DNA from: Craspedostauros australis
Lineage: Eukaryota
Assembly: GCA_030167865.1 (NCBI GenBank)
Contig: JALAGF010000596.1
Coordinates: 1 to 39,405, forward strand
Length of the DNA: 39,405 nt
Direction: 5' to 3'
Of the stretch, positions 1 through 13,190 are shown in pieces. The stretch's first letter is position 1. Every line of letters begins with the position of its first letter. A model generated the notes under the pieces. It ran no database searches and was not told the DNA's origin. It was given only the letters and a program-made list of their open reading frames with translations. The position numbers were made by a program, and so were the translations under genes.

Positions 1-1318
1 AGAGTATGAAAATGAAGTTTGAAGTTCTTTATCCGTTTGGAAGGGATCGCAATCTATGGATGCTGATATCACACTGTACTGAACAGTCCGCGTCACGCTG
101 TATAGCGTTCTGAGAATACGTGCATATCAAGTGTTGGCCATATTATAATCGAATGCTTGGATGACTCCGATCACACTCCAATGGGTGCGGCCATGAAGTT
201 AAGTATTGAATCCATCTGGAAGCAATCCAAAGCTGGGGATATGGATATCTGGTGACGCTGTTTGGGAGGGGGCTCTACGATGCGCATTGCGCTGTGCAGC
301 CTTCTGCGAATATATTCATTCGGCCAGCTGGCTTGAGAGATCCGACCAACCGCATTGCGTCAAGTAGACTCCGAAGGCTGTGGCCATCGAGGTTGAAGTC
401 CCATATCTGTTTGGAAGGGGTCCATTTCTACGGATGCTGAAGTGGAGTGTCACAGAGCGGCGTCATGACATGTGGATCACCTGGACGCATACCGATACGT
501 CTTCCTGGAAGATTCACGGCTTCAAACTCCATGTCCGTGCTCTGTGGAATGCGTTCGGATTCACCAAAGTGTTGGATTGGAATATGACCGCCAATGTCTA
601 TGCACATATTCTCAGAACGCTGTACAGCATGACACGTATTGTTCAGAACCGTGTGATATCAGCATCCGTAGAATTGGATCCCTTCCTGACAGATCAAGGA
701 CTTCAAACTTCATGTCCTTACTCTTTGGAGTGTTTTTGGAGTGATGTGGCTGATAGGATCTCTCAAAATGGCCTGCCGAATGCATAGGTATGCAGAAGAC
801 TGTACAGCGCGATGCGCACCACACAGTATCACGCGATTCACAGATTTGGATACCAGCATCTCTTCCAGATGGATTTAGATACCCACAAGCTAATGATATA
901 CCCATTGGAATGCTCTCCATGCTCTTATCTTGTTAGAATGTAATATTTGTGTCCTTTCCATTGAACATGTCGTCAGAATACGATCCACAGCGCAAGGAAT
1001 TGGAGCAAACAGATGGATGATGTACACATCTACAACTAAGGTAGCCATTTATTCCTTTTACTAGATGCATTAAATTTTAGTGGACTATTTGATTGCATTC
1101 TATGGCGATTATACTAAACATGTCTGATGTGGCTTATACTTTTCGTGTGTAGTGCAGGTAGTCTACATTTATACCTAAACTTGCGAGTCGATGTGGGATT
1201 TTGTGTCCACGGGACGTCGCATGGACATTTGGACGTTTTGTGCCACTAAGTGTTGTAAAAACAGGCTGGTTGATGCAAATCGGCACTTCAAAAGGGCTGG
1301 TTAATGAATTTCCTCATT
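1..1318 (-). mobile_element. Partial copy of a modular foldback-like non-autonomous DNA element, truncated by the window start
   Basis: Reverse complement aligns collinearly with 37623-38941 (paired coordinates sum to about 38941). The terminal 56 nt (1263-1318) match 37623-37678 at 52/56, and 1-60 match 38882-38941 at about 40/60. The core module GATATCAGCATCCGTAGAATTGGATCCCTTCC is reversed at about 39-70, 218-249 and 413-440, forward at 655-686 and partial at 849-866. No transposase ORF. Strand is given relative to the right-hand copy. Confidence 0.8.
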
Positions 1319-1757
1319 TTTTCTCGCTGTCATCAACGCCAGCTCTTGGTGCCGCAGCCTCATCTGCAGGTACATGGTTCGTGGCAATCAACGAAGGCCA
1401 AATAGAGATTATCCGTTAGTTCTCAGACAATGCAGAAACGCTGCTTTGTCCTCCAATCCATTCCTGATGTTGATAGCCGACGCTTTACTCTAATCTATTG
1501 TATGAGGCTTTCGTCTTAATCGATAGTCTCACCTATTATACTTGCGCTCTTTCATAGAGTGGGCTTCACTAACACAGGCCCACCAACACCGTCTAAAAAC
1601 ATGCAGTTCCCGACTGCCTAATACCTCATCCAAGTAGCGGAGAGATGCTCTGATCGCTAGCGATGCACTTCCTGTGCTTCAATCACTATCATCGTCACCA
1701 TACTCGTATCTAGGCTGTATCATGGATGATCGCCTGCATACTTGCACCACGCCGGTC

Positions 1758-3737
1758 CTACTGGATCAATGCGTGTTGCTCGTTGTTGACTTCATCCGAG
1801 AATGTATCCGCGCCGGCTTGTGCTTCATCGCCGTCGCCCGGCCTACGGAACAGGAGCTCGATCTCCTCCAGCGACAGACCCTTCGTTTCCGGCAACGCAA
1901 AGTACAGCGAGACGAAACCGACCAAGGCCACCACGCCGTACAGGGCGAACGCACCGTACGCGGTCAACGCCGACGGGTCGCTCATGGTGAGGAAGGTCGC
2001 GCTGACGACGAGGTTCGAGATCCAGTTCGTGCCCGTGGAGATGCTGACGGCGACGGAGCGGTGCTTCAGCGGGTAGATCTCCGAGTTGATGGTCCATGGC
2101 ATGGCGCCCATGCCGCAGCCGAACGTGAGGAGGTACATGACCATGAAGACCACGGAAAGCCAGCCGTAGGGATTGGAGCAGGAGTGGTACACCCACGTCG
2201 CATCGGCCGGGCAGGACGCGGTCATATCCTGAGCGAAGGGGCCGTCGGAATTGCCGGCCATGCACGCGCCGTTGCAGAATCCGCAGCCGTCGATGTTGGC
2301 GCAGTCGTAGCAATACGCGGTGATGCCGTTCCACACCACGGCCGGCTGCGTCTTGCAGGCATCGTCGATCGTCGTGGTGTCACCGGAGGAGACTCTGGAG
2401 AGGTAGAACGAGATGGACAGGCCCGCGAGGGAAAAGGTGACCATGAAGAGCGACCACAGCACGAGCGTGCGACGACCGGCGCGATCCACCAGCACGACGC
2501 TGATGACGATGCCCACCACCTGTGCCAACGACGTGAGGCCGCTCAACCACACCGCGTGCGTCTCGTCGAAACCTGCCATCTCGTAGATACTCGCTGCGTA
2601 GTACATGACGGTGTTGATGCCGCACAGTTGCTGGATGAGCATCAAACCGCAACCCAATGTGAGCGCCCGTCGCGTCGGTTTGTCGGCGATTGCAGCCGCC
2701 AATCGTTCGAAGAAGCCATCCTCTTCCTCCTGTTTCGCATCTGTCGATGATACTACTACAACAGCACCTGCCTCTACCTCTACCTCTACCTCTGCCGCGT
2801 CTGGTTCCTGATCGCTGCCGTAACCCAAGGATGGGCGTCTGCCTTCGCTGTCAGCTCTCACGGCTACAGCATCGGGGATATTCCCCGCATCGCCGTTGGC
2901 TGAAGTTTGCGGCATCGATGCCAAAATCTCATCGTACTCCTTGCGAGCATCCATTTCATGGACCCGCAGAGACAAGAGCACATCCAACGCCTTCTCGTTG
3001 AGGCCTTTCGAAACGAACCAACGCGGGCTTTCGGGAAGGTTGAGGAATCCGATGAACATGGTGATGCTCGGCACGGCGGCCAACCCCAGCATGTACCTCC
3101 ATCCCGAGATGGGCATGAGCTCGTCGAAGAAACCGTCCACCATGCCGGCCGTGAACTGGCCCAACGGAACCATGAGGATGTTGATGGTGACGAGCATGCC
3201 GCGCATCTCCGGCAGGGATATCTCCGCGATGTACACCGGCGTCGTGAGGGACGCGATGCCGATGCCCAACCCCACAACGATACGCCCTACCACCATCGAT
3301 GGGTAGTCCCACGACAGAAAGAGCACCAGCGAACCGAGCGTGAAGACGCCCGCAGCGAGCAGGATCGCAAACCGCCGGCCAAAGACGCTGTTGATGGTTC
3401 CGCCGTACACGGATGCCAGGAAGGCTGCGACGATGGTGGAGGACACCACCACCTCCTCCTGCGCCGTATCGAGGCCGAAGGCCCTGCGGATGGGCAGCAT
3501 GGCACCCGAGATCACCCCGGTATCGTAGCCAAACAGGAAGCCTCCGATGGCTGCCATTCCCGTCAGGAACCTCATCTTGCGCTGCACTTCTGCTCGACGC
3601 GCATCGGTGCTTGGATCGCAGCCGCCGTCGTCGATGCTGGCCATCACGCTTTGCGGCTGTTCTGCGCCTTTGTCATCATTCCCATCTTGCTGGTCGTCTT
3701 CCGTTCTCAGCAGATCATGGCCATGCCTCGGCGCCAT
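1758..3737 (-). CDS. MFS sugar porter, H+/myo-inositol transporter (HMIT/SLC2A13, plant INT-like), about 659 aa
   Basis: Sugar-porter motifs [59 protein letters not shown] and [12 protein letters not shown]. The Cys-rich loop CYDC..CGFC..C is typical of INT/HMIT. Start placed at ATG 3737 (MAPRHG) because the upstream part of the ORF is low complexity. Confidence 0.92.
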   Translation of the reverse strand: MAPRHGHDLLRTEDDQQDGNDDKGAEQPQSVMASIDDGGCDPSTDARRAEVQRKMRFLTGMAAIGGFLFGYDTGVISGAMLPIRRAFGLDTAQEEVVVSSTIVAAFLASVYGGTINSVFGRRFAILLAAGVFTLGSLVLFLSWDYPSMVVGRIVVGLGIGIASLTTPVYIAEISLPEMRGMLVTINILMVPLGQFTAGMVDGFFDELMPISGWRYMLGLAAVPSITMFIGFLNLPESPRWFVSKGLNEKALDVLLSLRVHEMDARKEYDEILASMPQTSANGDAGNIPDAVAVRADSEGRRPSLGYGSDQEPDAAEVEVEVEAGAVVVVSSTDAKQEEEDGFFERLAAAIADKPTRRALTLGCGLMLIQQLCGINTVMYYAASIYEMAGFDETHAVWLSGLTSLAQVVGIVISVVLVDRAGRRTLVLWSLFMVTFSLAGLSISFYLSRVSSGDTTTIDDACKTQPAVVWNGITAYCYDCANIDGCGFCNGACMAGNSDGPFAQDMTASCPADATWVYHSCSNPYGWLSVVFMVMYLLTFGCGMGAMPWTINSEIYPLKHRSVAVSISTGTNWISNLVVSATFLTMSDPSALTAYGAFALYGVVALVGFVSLYFALPETKGLSLEEIELLFRRPGDGDEAQAGADTFSDEVNNEQHALIQ

Positions 3738-4265
3738 TTCAATGGACTTCAGTTTTCCTGCTGCAACAGCTCTTCCCGCCGTTGATGATGCTGGTGCTGT
3801 TGCTTGTGATGCTGTTACTTGCGATGTTGTTGCTCGCGATGTTGTTGATCGTCTGCTTGGCTGGATGATGTGTGCGCTGCGTCTGTTTCTGTGCGACCTA
3901 TCACAATGAATGCGTTCCAAGCGCGGCTCGTGTGATCCAACCTTCACAACACGGACAGGCCTACTGAATTCTCGTACACATTCTACGAGACCGGGATCGG
4001 AAGGTGTTCTTTTTGTGCCGGTTCTGTTGTTCTTGTTCCGTGCCACCAAATGACCAATCACAACGTGTTCCACAGACTACGACAACGAACCAAGAGGGAG
4101 AGTGATACACAAACTCATCTTCTTCTGATTCACTCGAGGATGATTGCTCTAACACAGCGTACTCAACTTGCGTGCGTTCAGCAGTGCATCATCCGCAACG
4201 TACTACTATTATGCCACACCAATCAATCTATTACCTTCATCATTGTATTACACTGCACATGCAAA

Positions 4266-7200
4266 TTAAACACCATTGGTCATTCGTCGCTGCAACATGT
4301 GATAACGCCCGATGTCGCCTTGTCTTCCTGGCCCGTCCATGGCGAACATGAGCTGGAAGTCCGCATCTGAGAAGTCGTCGTGGTTGGCCTGGTAGTACGC
4401 TTCGAGCTCGGACATCTCCAGCTCCATCATGGCCATGAAGGACGCAGATCTCTCGAACGACACGGCGGCCAATTCAATGTCCCAGAAGGAGTTGTCGAAG
4501 CTCGTGGCGCCCTTTAGGTCGCGGTACAGCACGGAACCGCTGCGATCCAGCGCTTCGATGCCGTTCACGGAGAGCGGCGCCCTCGTGATGATGCCTTCGC
4601 CTGCCGCCAGCACGCGCACGGTTTGGATCAGGCACAGCGGGATGTATTGCTCCAGGCTGGAGAAGGCGTACGCAGTCACCGCGTTGCCCGCGGCTTCTCT
4701 CAGGTTGTCGGATGCGGCGGTCAGGTATTCTCCGAGGTCGTTCACGGAGGATGGGATGCGGACTGCGTCACGCGCCACGATGGTGGAGCTTGTGCACACC
4801 TTCGACAGGCGGATCACGGTTTGCATCATGATGTCGGCGCGGCAGAATTTCGCCATCTTCAGGCCGTTGGCCTTGATGCTCTTGATTGCCTCGCGCAGCG
4901 CGCGTGTGGACGTCAGCGTCTTGTTACCGCCCAGGTTCGTTCGGACCTTCAGGCGGCTCTCCAACAGACTGGACAGCTTCAGCAAGGAGTGCGACAAGCA
5001 TGCGGATTTCATCAGCACTTCATCAGAGCAGACCGTGATCTTGGTCTGCTTGTCCGTTGCGAATTCCAGGAATGGTTTCATAAACTGCAGCTCCTGGCTC
5101 AGGTTGTGCTCCTCACGATCGACGCCGCCCACGAGGTCCAGATCCTCCATGCCAGGGATGTTGGAACGATTCAAGTTCGCGCCGCTGCGAGGAGTGTCGG
5201 CAGATGGCGGCGTCAGAGACGGCAACAATCCGCTGTCCCTCGCAACAGCATCTTCCGAAACCTCCAGCAGATCACCATCCGCGTAAGCCAGCACCAGCTG
5301 CGCAAATGCCTTGCGGCGTTCCATGCTCTGTCCGAAGGTGTTCTGGTTGCCCGCTGCGGCACTGTTTCTGTCGTTGAGCAAGCTCAGCGCGGTCTTGCCA
5401 TTGCAGAGTTTGTTGACCTGCTGCTTGACGCGGGAGATGAAGGTGAGGATGACGTGCTCCAGAACGGCAACCAGCGGCAGGTACATTTCCCCGCCTCTCG
5501 GCAGTCTGTGCAAGGCAAGGAAGAGAGGACCGGTTGAAGTGTAGAGTGCATCGCATGCCTTGCCCATGTCCACATCCTGCGGTTCGTTCGAGCTGGCTCT
5601 TGCAAAGACGTTGCGATCCAGCACGGGATCGAAAGCATCGACGCGCTCCAATGCGCGCACGGTGCCGTCCACCGCTTCCTCCTGCAAGACGGGCAGCAAG
5701 TCTTTCTTGATCAGCTTGTCCAAGAATTCGATCGCCGGCTCCTCCTGCTGCGTGTTGTACGACGGAGTGGATGTGTCCTCCCCAGTCACCTGGGCAAGCT
5801 CTTTGCGCAAGGCCTGGATGTTCGATGTCCACTTCGCCACGGGCTTGCGGAAGAAGAGCGCATGCCGGATCTGTGCGTTGTTGTTCGTCTTTGGGAACAG
5901 AATATCGGAGACGAAACGCTGCGTGGTCAACTCGCCGATGGCCGACTTGGAGGCGTTGCTGGACATGTTCTCTACGCGGGTGTTCGACTTCTTCTCCCGG
6001 TCGATGATGCCAAGGCTGAAGAGACCAGATTCGTGTGTGACCATGCCACGGCCCTTCGCTGTTGCCGCCGAATCTCCCATCGGGCCAGTAGGTGTTCGGA
6101 TGGATTCGTTCAAGCAGGCCTTGACGAAGTCTTTGATCTCTCGTTCCATGATTGATTTCGCCAGCGAGAGCACTGACTGCATCGCTGAAGATGGGGATGA
6201 ATACGCTGTTGATTTCTCTTGTGTCTGTCATTGTCATCGCCATTGCCATCAATGGGAAAAGTCATCCAATTGGTGGATCGGAAGGTACAATTCAATTTTG
6301 CATGACACAGGATGACATGGCACAACAATGTGAAGAATGTGTAGATCAATCAAAGAACCCAACATGAATAAAATGATGAGCACACAAACAATTGTGCCAT
6401 GATCGTACATTGTGTTAGAACATTGGATGGTGCAACCAGTTCAAGCATGACTGCACTCGCACAGACAAACGAAGGACGCATCAATCCATGTGTACACCTG
6501 CGAAGTCTGCAAACGAACATGCGTACGCGCGCGACCAACGAAGATCCGCTTGGATAGCAACACAACAAAGATGCACCCCCCCCCCCCCCAACGACACTTA
6601 CCACGCGGTATCGCAGAACTTGCGCAAAATGCCCCAACCGCACCATGACACAACCGAATGCCGAGAGGACGCCATTCAGGTGCTTCCTGAGCTCTCGCAA
6701 GTCCGCATGCTTCGCCGATCTGCTCATCATGGTGTACCTGCCACCCTTCATCTTGCCCAAGCGCTCCAGCCTGCAGAATGTTCGGATTTGCTCCCTCTGA
6801 ACCAATTTTTTGATTTCCTTCTCAACAATATCTTGCAGAATGCGTTCGACGTCATCCAATCGACGCAGCTGGGCCAGGCATTCCACGAGCGTGCGCAGTG
6901 CGACCGTTGGATCCGCGTAGCGCGGTCGATGGATGTGCGTTCGCGTCTGCCCTGTTGCAAGAGCCAGTTCTTCGAGGCATCTTCGTTCGTCCGCGTCCAG
7001 ATCGAATTCGGCCTCGATCGTTGAAATAGGAATGACGATGGGCTTGCGTGACATGGCGGTGCGCATGGGGATCATGGCCCCGTCACCGTGTCCTGCTGCC
7101 GGTGAGCTATGGACCGAGTTGTCGTTTGTGTCGTCTTCGCTGTCTTCCTCATCCTCGTCCAGGTGTTGGTACTCGAGGAGGTCCTCGTGGGGATCGCCAT

Positions 7201-8452
7201 CCATGTTCTGCAGGTCGTCGTCCAAGGCGAAGCGCATGGTGTTGGTCAGGAAGGGGTTGCGCATGCTGGACCTCTCATCACCCGAATTGAGGTTGGAGGT
7301 GAGGATGTTCTTGAGGAGGGTGCGCTGCTTCGTCTTGCTGTCGTTGGACATGATGGATGCATTCGTCGAGAGCCCGGTCCCTCCCATGCCCGAAGCACCC
7401 GCCAACGAGGCACCGCTCCCAATGCCCCTGTTGATGCCCTTGTCCTTGCTGACGGCCGTGATGAGCACCGCCATACCATTTCCGGTGCGCAGGAAGAGAA
7501 CGTCCGACAGGATCTCCCACACCACCTCTTCGGCGCGTTGCTTGCGCAACATGAGCTGTTCCATGATCTTGTGCAGGGCCTGGACCTGCGCGATGTCGTC
7601 TGAGAACATGGTGTCCAGCGCAGAGGCCAGACCCAGGACGGCCGCACCGATGCGATTGGCCCGCAGGTAGAGGTCGAACTGCCTCGGAGCCGCACGGATC
7701 TTGTCGAGCTTATCCAGCAGACCGAGCACGGCCTCGCATTCCAGCTTCTTGAGCCACAGCTCGCGCAGTGACATCGCGGACGCGGCGGCGGTGACCGCGC
7801 CAGTCGGAACTCCCGGAGGTGCACCCCCGGCGACCGCGTTGGCGGCTCCGTTCTGGTTGACCGGCTGCGAGTGCGCGCCCAGCGTCTCCTGGATCTCCAG
7901 CACCTGCTTTCTGAGGCTGCGGACCTTGCTGACGGCGTCGTGGAACTGCCTTGCGACATGGCCGACCTGCACGACGGATCCGTTGAGGTCGACGCAATGC
8001 GTCATGGCCAGATGCTCGATGGCGTGCTCCACCACGGTCTGCTGCTCCTTGAGCGCCTTGTAGGCCGGGTTGCGCTCCGAGGCGTCCATCATGTGCCGAT
8101 CGGTGTTGCCCACCGCCAGGTCGTCGGCCAGCTGCATCCCCAGGACGTCGATGACGCGTCCCAGCGTGTGGAACTTGCGCGGGTCGTCGAAGAAGTCCTC
8201 GTCCACCTCTTCGTTGAGGCGCTGCTCCATGTGCGCGAGATCGGGCCGGTCCTCCTCGTACTGGCCGCCCCCGCGGCTGCTCTGCCGCGACAGCTCCGAT
8301 TGGCTGTGCGTGGACATGGTCTTCGCGGGCGTGCGGCGCTTCGAGGAGGCCACGGACACGTCTTCACGGCCGCCGCTCCTCCTGCCGGACTTGGAGGCCA
8401 GTCTTGGTTGGTCGCCGCCATCGTCCGCAGAGCTTCCGCCTCGTCGTGGCAT
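4266..8452 (-). CDS. SEC8: Exocyst complex component Sec8/EXOC4; exons 8452-6602 and 6224-4266, about 1269 aa
   Basis: Sec8-like N-terminal region (AIEHLAMTHCVDLNGSV...LRELW...VLGLLDKLDKIRAAPRQFD) and C-terminal GIEALDRSGSVLYRDL. A phase-0 intron 6601-6225 (GTAAGT...TGACAG) joins the two long ORFs in frame. Confidence 0.85.
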
Positions 8453-10172
8453 GCTGCTGTCGTTAATCTGCTGTTTGGATAATGGAGGGTGTGAGGGTCA
8501 GCGGAGTGGATTGGACTTCTGCTGTTCGCTTGTTCGTACTCGTATCGACAACAATGAAGGCCGCTGTTGATCTGTCTCTCTTTGTGATCTCTTTGTGATC
8601 CGTATCCTTCATCACGAGACGCCAACAACCGCCATGATCGCCGTTCCGTCATTGTCGCTCCGTGTTTGTATCGGTGGGAGTCCGACCGTGAGAAGCACGA
8701 CACACGACCGTTGGGTGCATCTTTGCCCTGTTTGATGAGACAAATGACTCATCGGATTAAACGACATGACCGATATCGACTAGATGGACTAAACACGTCG
8801 GATTCGCTCACTTTTTTCTTGCTCGCCTTTTCTTGGTCCAAACAAGAAAACGACAACAACAAGATCGCGCAACGAGCATCCATCATTACCACCACCCCTT
8901 GCCCATGTCCGAAGACGACGAAGGGAGGAGGAGGAAGAAGAGGAGGATACTTACTATGACCACCCGTTGGTGATGAGGAGGTGGTGTCTGCTGTGCTGCG
9001 CCGGTGGTCGGTCCACCACGCACATCCACACACTCGCGAAGACATCGATGGAGATGAAAGGAGCCAGACATCGCAATTCTTCCGCAGCTGTATCATCCTC
9101 CCCAGCGTGTTGGCGCGCAACTCATGGCAAACAGACAGGAGGCGAACGCGGCCACTCCGAAACAAGATCTTTGGTGGATCATTCACAGTTGATCACAGAA
9201 CTTATTATGGGACGCGGTATGCCATTGCCGTCGTCGATGGACGTCTCCGGATGTGGCAGCTGTCGTTGATACAGCTGCGACAAGCGGGAGTGGTATCAGG
9301 GACAGCAATGTGGCATCACCATCTACGATGACAGAATCGTTGATACGCCATGGGAAGTGTGACTTGATGTATCAACTCTGTCTCAATGCTGTCGCAGCTG
9401 TGGTGAGCGCTGATCCACATGATCTCATCATCCATCGATCGTTAAGCATCTAGTCGTTGTCACCATCTCGACGGCGAGCATTCAAAAAAAGCACGACCAC
9501 CTCAATCACAGACGCTCTGCACATCCAATGACGGTGTCGGATCTGCATTGCACCAGAGGCATTGTAGTGCGATGGTCATCGCGCTTGGATCGCATGACTT
9601 GAGCAGTGTGAGTATTGTGAGATGCGATGGGCGTCGCGTTGTGCCGCAGCGAACGAGACCACTTGTCTTCCAGCATTCACGTACTCACACACAATCATAA
9701 AATCTGCTTTTGCACAAGCTGAAACACCTCTCGCACACAACTCATCAAACCATCCACATCAACCATCAAGCCAACAAGAAGAAAACGCACACACAGGGTT
9801 CGTCAACATCTCTCAACATCATCCGACAAACGGTACGTGCAATGTGCTCATGGTGATCCGCCCCTGCGCTTCCTCCTTGACCGTCGTGTTTGTCTCCCGC
9901 GCTGTCCTTTTCTCTTGTTGCCAAAGTTGATGCCAATGTTGATGTCAAATTTGATGCCATCGTTCTGTGCCTCTCTCCGCATCGCAACAACAGCAACAAC
10001 AAAACGGAACCGTTCTGATTGCTTGCCACTGTATCATCGGTGACGATGACGATGTCAATAACGATGGCACAATGATACTGACCCTCGTATTCACAAACTG
10101 CGCTGTTCGTAATCGTGCATTCCTCATCCTCGCTACTCTGGTGCACAGCAACGTAGAGTACTCTCCTGCACG

Positions 10173-11063
10173 ATGTCTCCCATTGACTTCCAGCCCGCAT
10201 CACCCGTCCCAATCCGCAATTTCCGACAGGATGCAAGCCTCGAAAGTTCGCCGCTGAGTGACCCCTCTGGTCGAATCCAGGCTCTCTTCATCGACAGAGT
10301 CCCTTCAATTGATTTTCCAAGTTTCGACGTCCTCTCCTTTGACGGTTGTTGCAACGATTCACCTGCAGCGAAAAACGTCGCCGCTTCTTCGCCCCACTCG
10401 CCCCGATCTGTTGACATGCAACGAAGTCTCTCAAGCGGAAGCGGGCGATCACGTTCCACGAGAAGAGATGGAGGAAAATCCAAGCACGGTAGTTGCTCCT
10501 ACTCGTCTAGCGCAGAACATTCTCGTATCACGCCCAGCAAACATGGCAAATCCATGATCAACATCCGACCTCCGAAGTGCATCTACCTGCGGCCACGCCG
10601 ACAAATGTATGAGCGTCGTGCCCGACGATGCTTCGGCAGCCAGCCCATGAGCAAGAATACGAAGATGGGCAACGTCAACAGCAATACCGCCAAACCAAGT
10701 CCATTCAACTACAATGCCTTCATCCGCGGCCTCACGCGGCGGTCAGTGTCGAAGGATGGTGCGACTGCGGATGCTTCTGGCATCTTCCTCTCTCCAACCC
10801 AACCCGGACGTGAAGACTGGAGCGCAATGCACTCGCCGCCACCAACCAGACGCAGCCAACGTTCCGTCTGCTGCTCCACTCCCGTCGTCGCCAGCAGCCT
10901 GAGCATGGGACAGCTGACGGAAGCCGATTCGTTGGCATCGGACGCACCATCGAGGGCCAGCAGTTCCATTTCGTCCGTGGCCAGATCCCTCCATGCCGAC
11001 TTTGAGGCGGAGTATTCCTCGTCCTCCTCTCCATCGTCGCCGCAATCGTCGAAGAGTATGTGA
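10173..11063 (+). CDS. Hypothetical Ser/Pro/Arg-rich, probably disordered protein (296 aa)
   Basis: Longest ORF in a 3.4 kb gap, with codon usage like its neighbours and an AT-richer tail after the stop. No recognisable domain; start uncertain. Confidence 0.55.
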   Translation: MSPIDFQPASPVPIRNFRQDASLESSPLSDPSGRIQALFIDRVPSIDFPSFDVLSFDGCCNDSPAAKNVAASSPHSPRSVDMQRSLSSGSGRSRSTRRDGGKSKHGSCSYSSSAEHSRITPSKHGKSMINIRPPKCIYLRPRRQMYERRARRCFGSQPMSKNTKMGNVNSNTAKPSPFNYNAFIRGLTRRSVSKDGATADASGIFLSPTQPGREDWSAMHSPPPTRRSQRSVCCSTPVVASSLSMGQLTEADSLASDAPSRASSSISSVARSLHADFEAEYSSSSSPSSPQSSKSM

Positions 11064-11836
11064 AGTACTCTGTCGATTCATCGCAATACGTATGTTCGGA
11101 CCACAGTTGGTCCAGACCGCAGTCCAACAGAGCATAGCACAGTACGAGTAGTACCACATGTATAATAGAGTAGCAAATGATTAGAAATGAACTTGCTCTT
11201 GTGTTCAGGAAAGCGAGAGAGAGAGAGAGACTCGAGACAGGCCGCGCCGAGTCGGACAATGCTCCTATTCCCGAGTGATAGCCATTCGGTCGAGCCGAAT
11301 TGATTCCTCCGAATGATCAGCCCATGAGAACACCTCTGGTTCGCGTTCTGGTTTTGAAATGGATGTGAAAGGAGAAACGGTTTCTTTGTCGTTGATGCCG
11401 CCGCCTTGTGCGCTTTGAGGGGGGAGGGAAGATTTATCCGATGCGAAAAGCGGGAACGCCCTGTGTGGGTGTGGATGTGGGTGTCACACCCGAATTCACC
11501 CATCAACGACACCGCGCCATGGTGAGATTGTGACTGTTTCTTCACATGTGTCTGCGTGAAAACAAATCCTCGAACAAGCACAAAACACGAAGGTATGCCT
11601 CTCGCATCCCTCACACCTCTCGTCAACACATGCACACACAAACAGTCAAAGCTCCCGAGACACTCATCCACACTGGCGACCCTGACCAATCCAATACAAA
11701 CCGCACAGCAACAACAGCGATAAGAGCTGCATTAAAACAGCCAAGAAGCCAAGAAGCCGAGCAAGGACGAATCCACGCTAGCACAGGTATTATACCACAA
11801 TTGAGCACTGATTAACTGAGCATCGATTCATCGACC

Positions 11837-13190
11837 ATGGCCAAAGATGGAGAGTCAAAGAAGAGGTTCGGGCTGTTCCGACGCAAGAAGAAGGGCTCGT
11901 CCTCGCCCACCAGCTCTGGATCCAAGTGGCCAAGCAAGAAGAAGAAGAAGATGCCTTCGGACTCCTCCACCCTCATGACCAAGGACCTTCCGATGCCAAA
12001 GTACTACGAATTCAACCCCAACAAGCCGATGCTGGGACTGTCGGAGAAGTCAGGCAGTTCGTTGAGGAGCATCGCCGCCATCTTCACCGGCAGCAACCAT
12101 GGCGACGATCCCGAACAGGCGCCACCGATAACGCCGGCAAAGCCCGTCGAAGAGCCTGCGCAAAAGCAGATTGCGGCCGATGCTGCGGCCAAGGAGGACG
12201 AAGCGCCCAAGGCATCCTGGTTGTGCCGCACGCGGTACTTCCGGAATCTGTGCAACAACGCGTTCGAGCTCATTGACACGGATGGTTCCGGGGAAGTGGA
12301 CGAGAAGGAGCTCTACTCCGGCCTGCTCCTCATCCACCTCAAGCTGGGGACCATGGCGGGGCCTGCCGCATGCAAGGTGGGTATCTGTTCGTCTCTTTGG
12401 ATGCTGCTGATGTCCTGGCGCAATCCGCGTTCATCTGGGTATGATTTGCGCGCGATTTTTCAACCTTGCATCGTTTGTTGAACTGTGATGGAATAGAGCA
12501 TCGATCTCACATCAAGTTGCATTGCGTTGCGTGGTGTTGTTTCACATTACTATAATGCATTCATTTCCATTTGCGTCTGACATCATCGCATTCGCGTGAT
12601 TGTGCACATGATCATTTCCTTTTCCACTCCACAATATGCTTTGACAACCACAGCCACTGTCCAGAGATCGATGCCACGCTGTATTTCTGAAATTCGATAA
12701 GGACGAGTCAGGTTATCTGGATCATGAGGAATTCGACAACGTCATGATGGTCTTGTTCGGCAACGTCCTCTTCCGCGTCGTCCTCCAGTACGCCATGACG
12801 CTCATCATCGTCCCCTTCCTGGCCAAGGCCATGTTGGATGGCATCTACGATGCGTGCAACTTCCTGTGGGACTTCATCACGGAGCTCGATGAGCACTCCA
12901 AATACGCCGATCAGGTGGAGCTCTTCGTCGAGAGCGCGCGTGACCAGATCATTGAATTGTATAGCGAGCACGCACCGGATGCCGCGCGAACGGCGGTCGA
13001 CAAGGTGCACGACATTTTCACATCCATCCCCGACAGCGTTTGGAGCACCGTGCCGCTCACCTTGACATCGGCGATCCTGGGGATCATGATCGTGCCGTGG
13101 AGCATCCTCAAGATGGACGACTTCTTCCAGTACATTGCTGACAGACAAGCTGCTCGCGACGAGGCCAAGACCAAGAAGAAGGTCACATAG
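11837..13190 (+). CDS. EF-hand calcium-binding membrane protein; exons 11837-12376 and 12654-13190, about 358 aa
   Basis: EF loops DTDGSGEVDEKE (exon 1) and DKDESGYLDHEE (exon 2). A phase-0 intron 12377-12653 (GTGGGT...CACAG) joins them in frame. C-terminal hydrophobic segments. Confidence 0.85.

Noticed and set aside
1316-1330. Shared target-site duplication at the inner junctions (about 1316-1330 versus 37612-37625)
   Set aside because: The inner flanks (ATTTTTTCTCG versus CATATTGTAAT) do not match, and the outer ends needed for a proper test lie outside the window.
252-1419. Short ORFs in the terminal elements with similar translations (MKFEVLD../MEFEVFD.., ESIPMGI, MQIGTSK)
   Set aside because: The similarity follows from the DNA repeats. 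Module spacings (181, 182, 194) do not preserve frame, stops are frequent and no transposase motifs are present.
4266-8452. ORFs 6350-8452 and 4266-6182 as two separate genes; likewise the split P450, VTT and EF-hand ORFs as pseudogenes
   Set aside because: Canonical GT-AG introns join each set in frame into one intact gene.
1674-8570. Long antisense and alternative-frame ORFs over the transporter and Sec8 (also 20088-21071, 21878-23098, 23839-25065)
   Set aside because: Shadow ORFs caused by GC-rich codon bias of the real genes; no domains.
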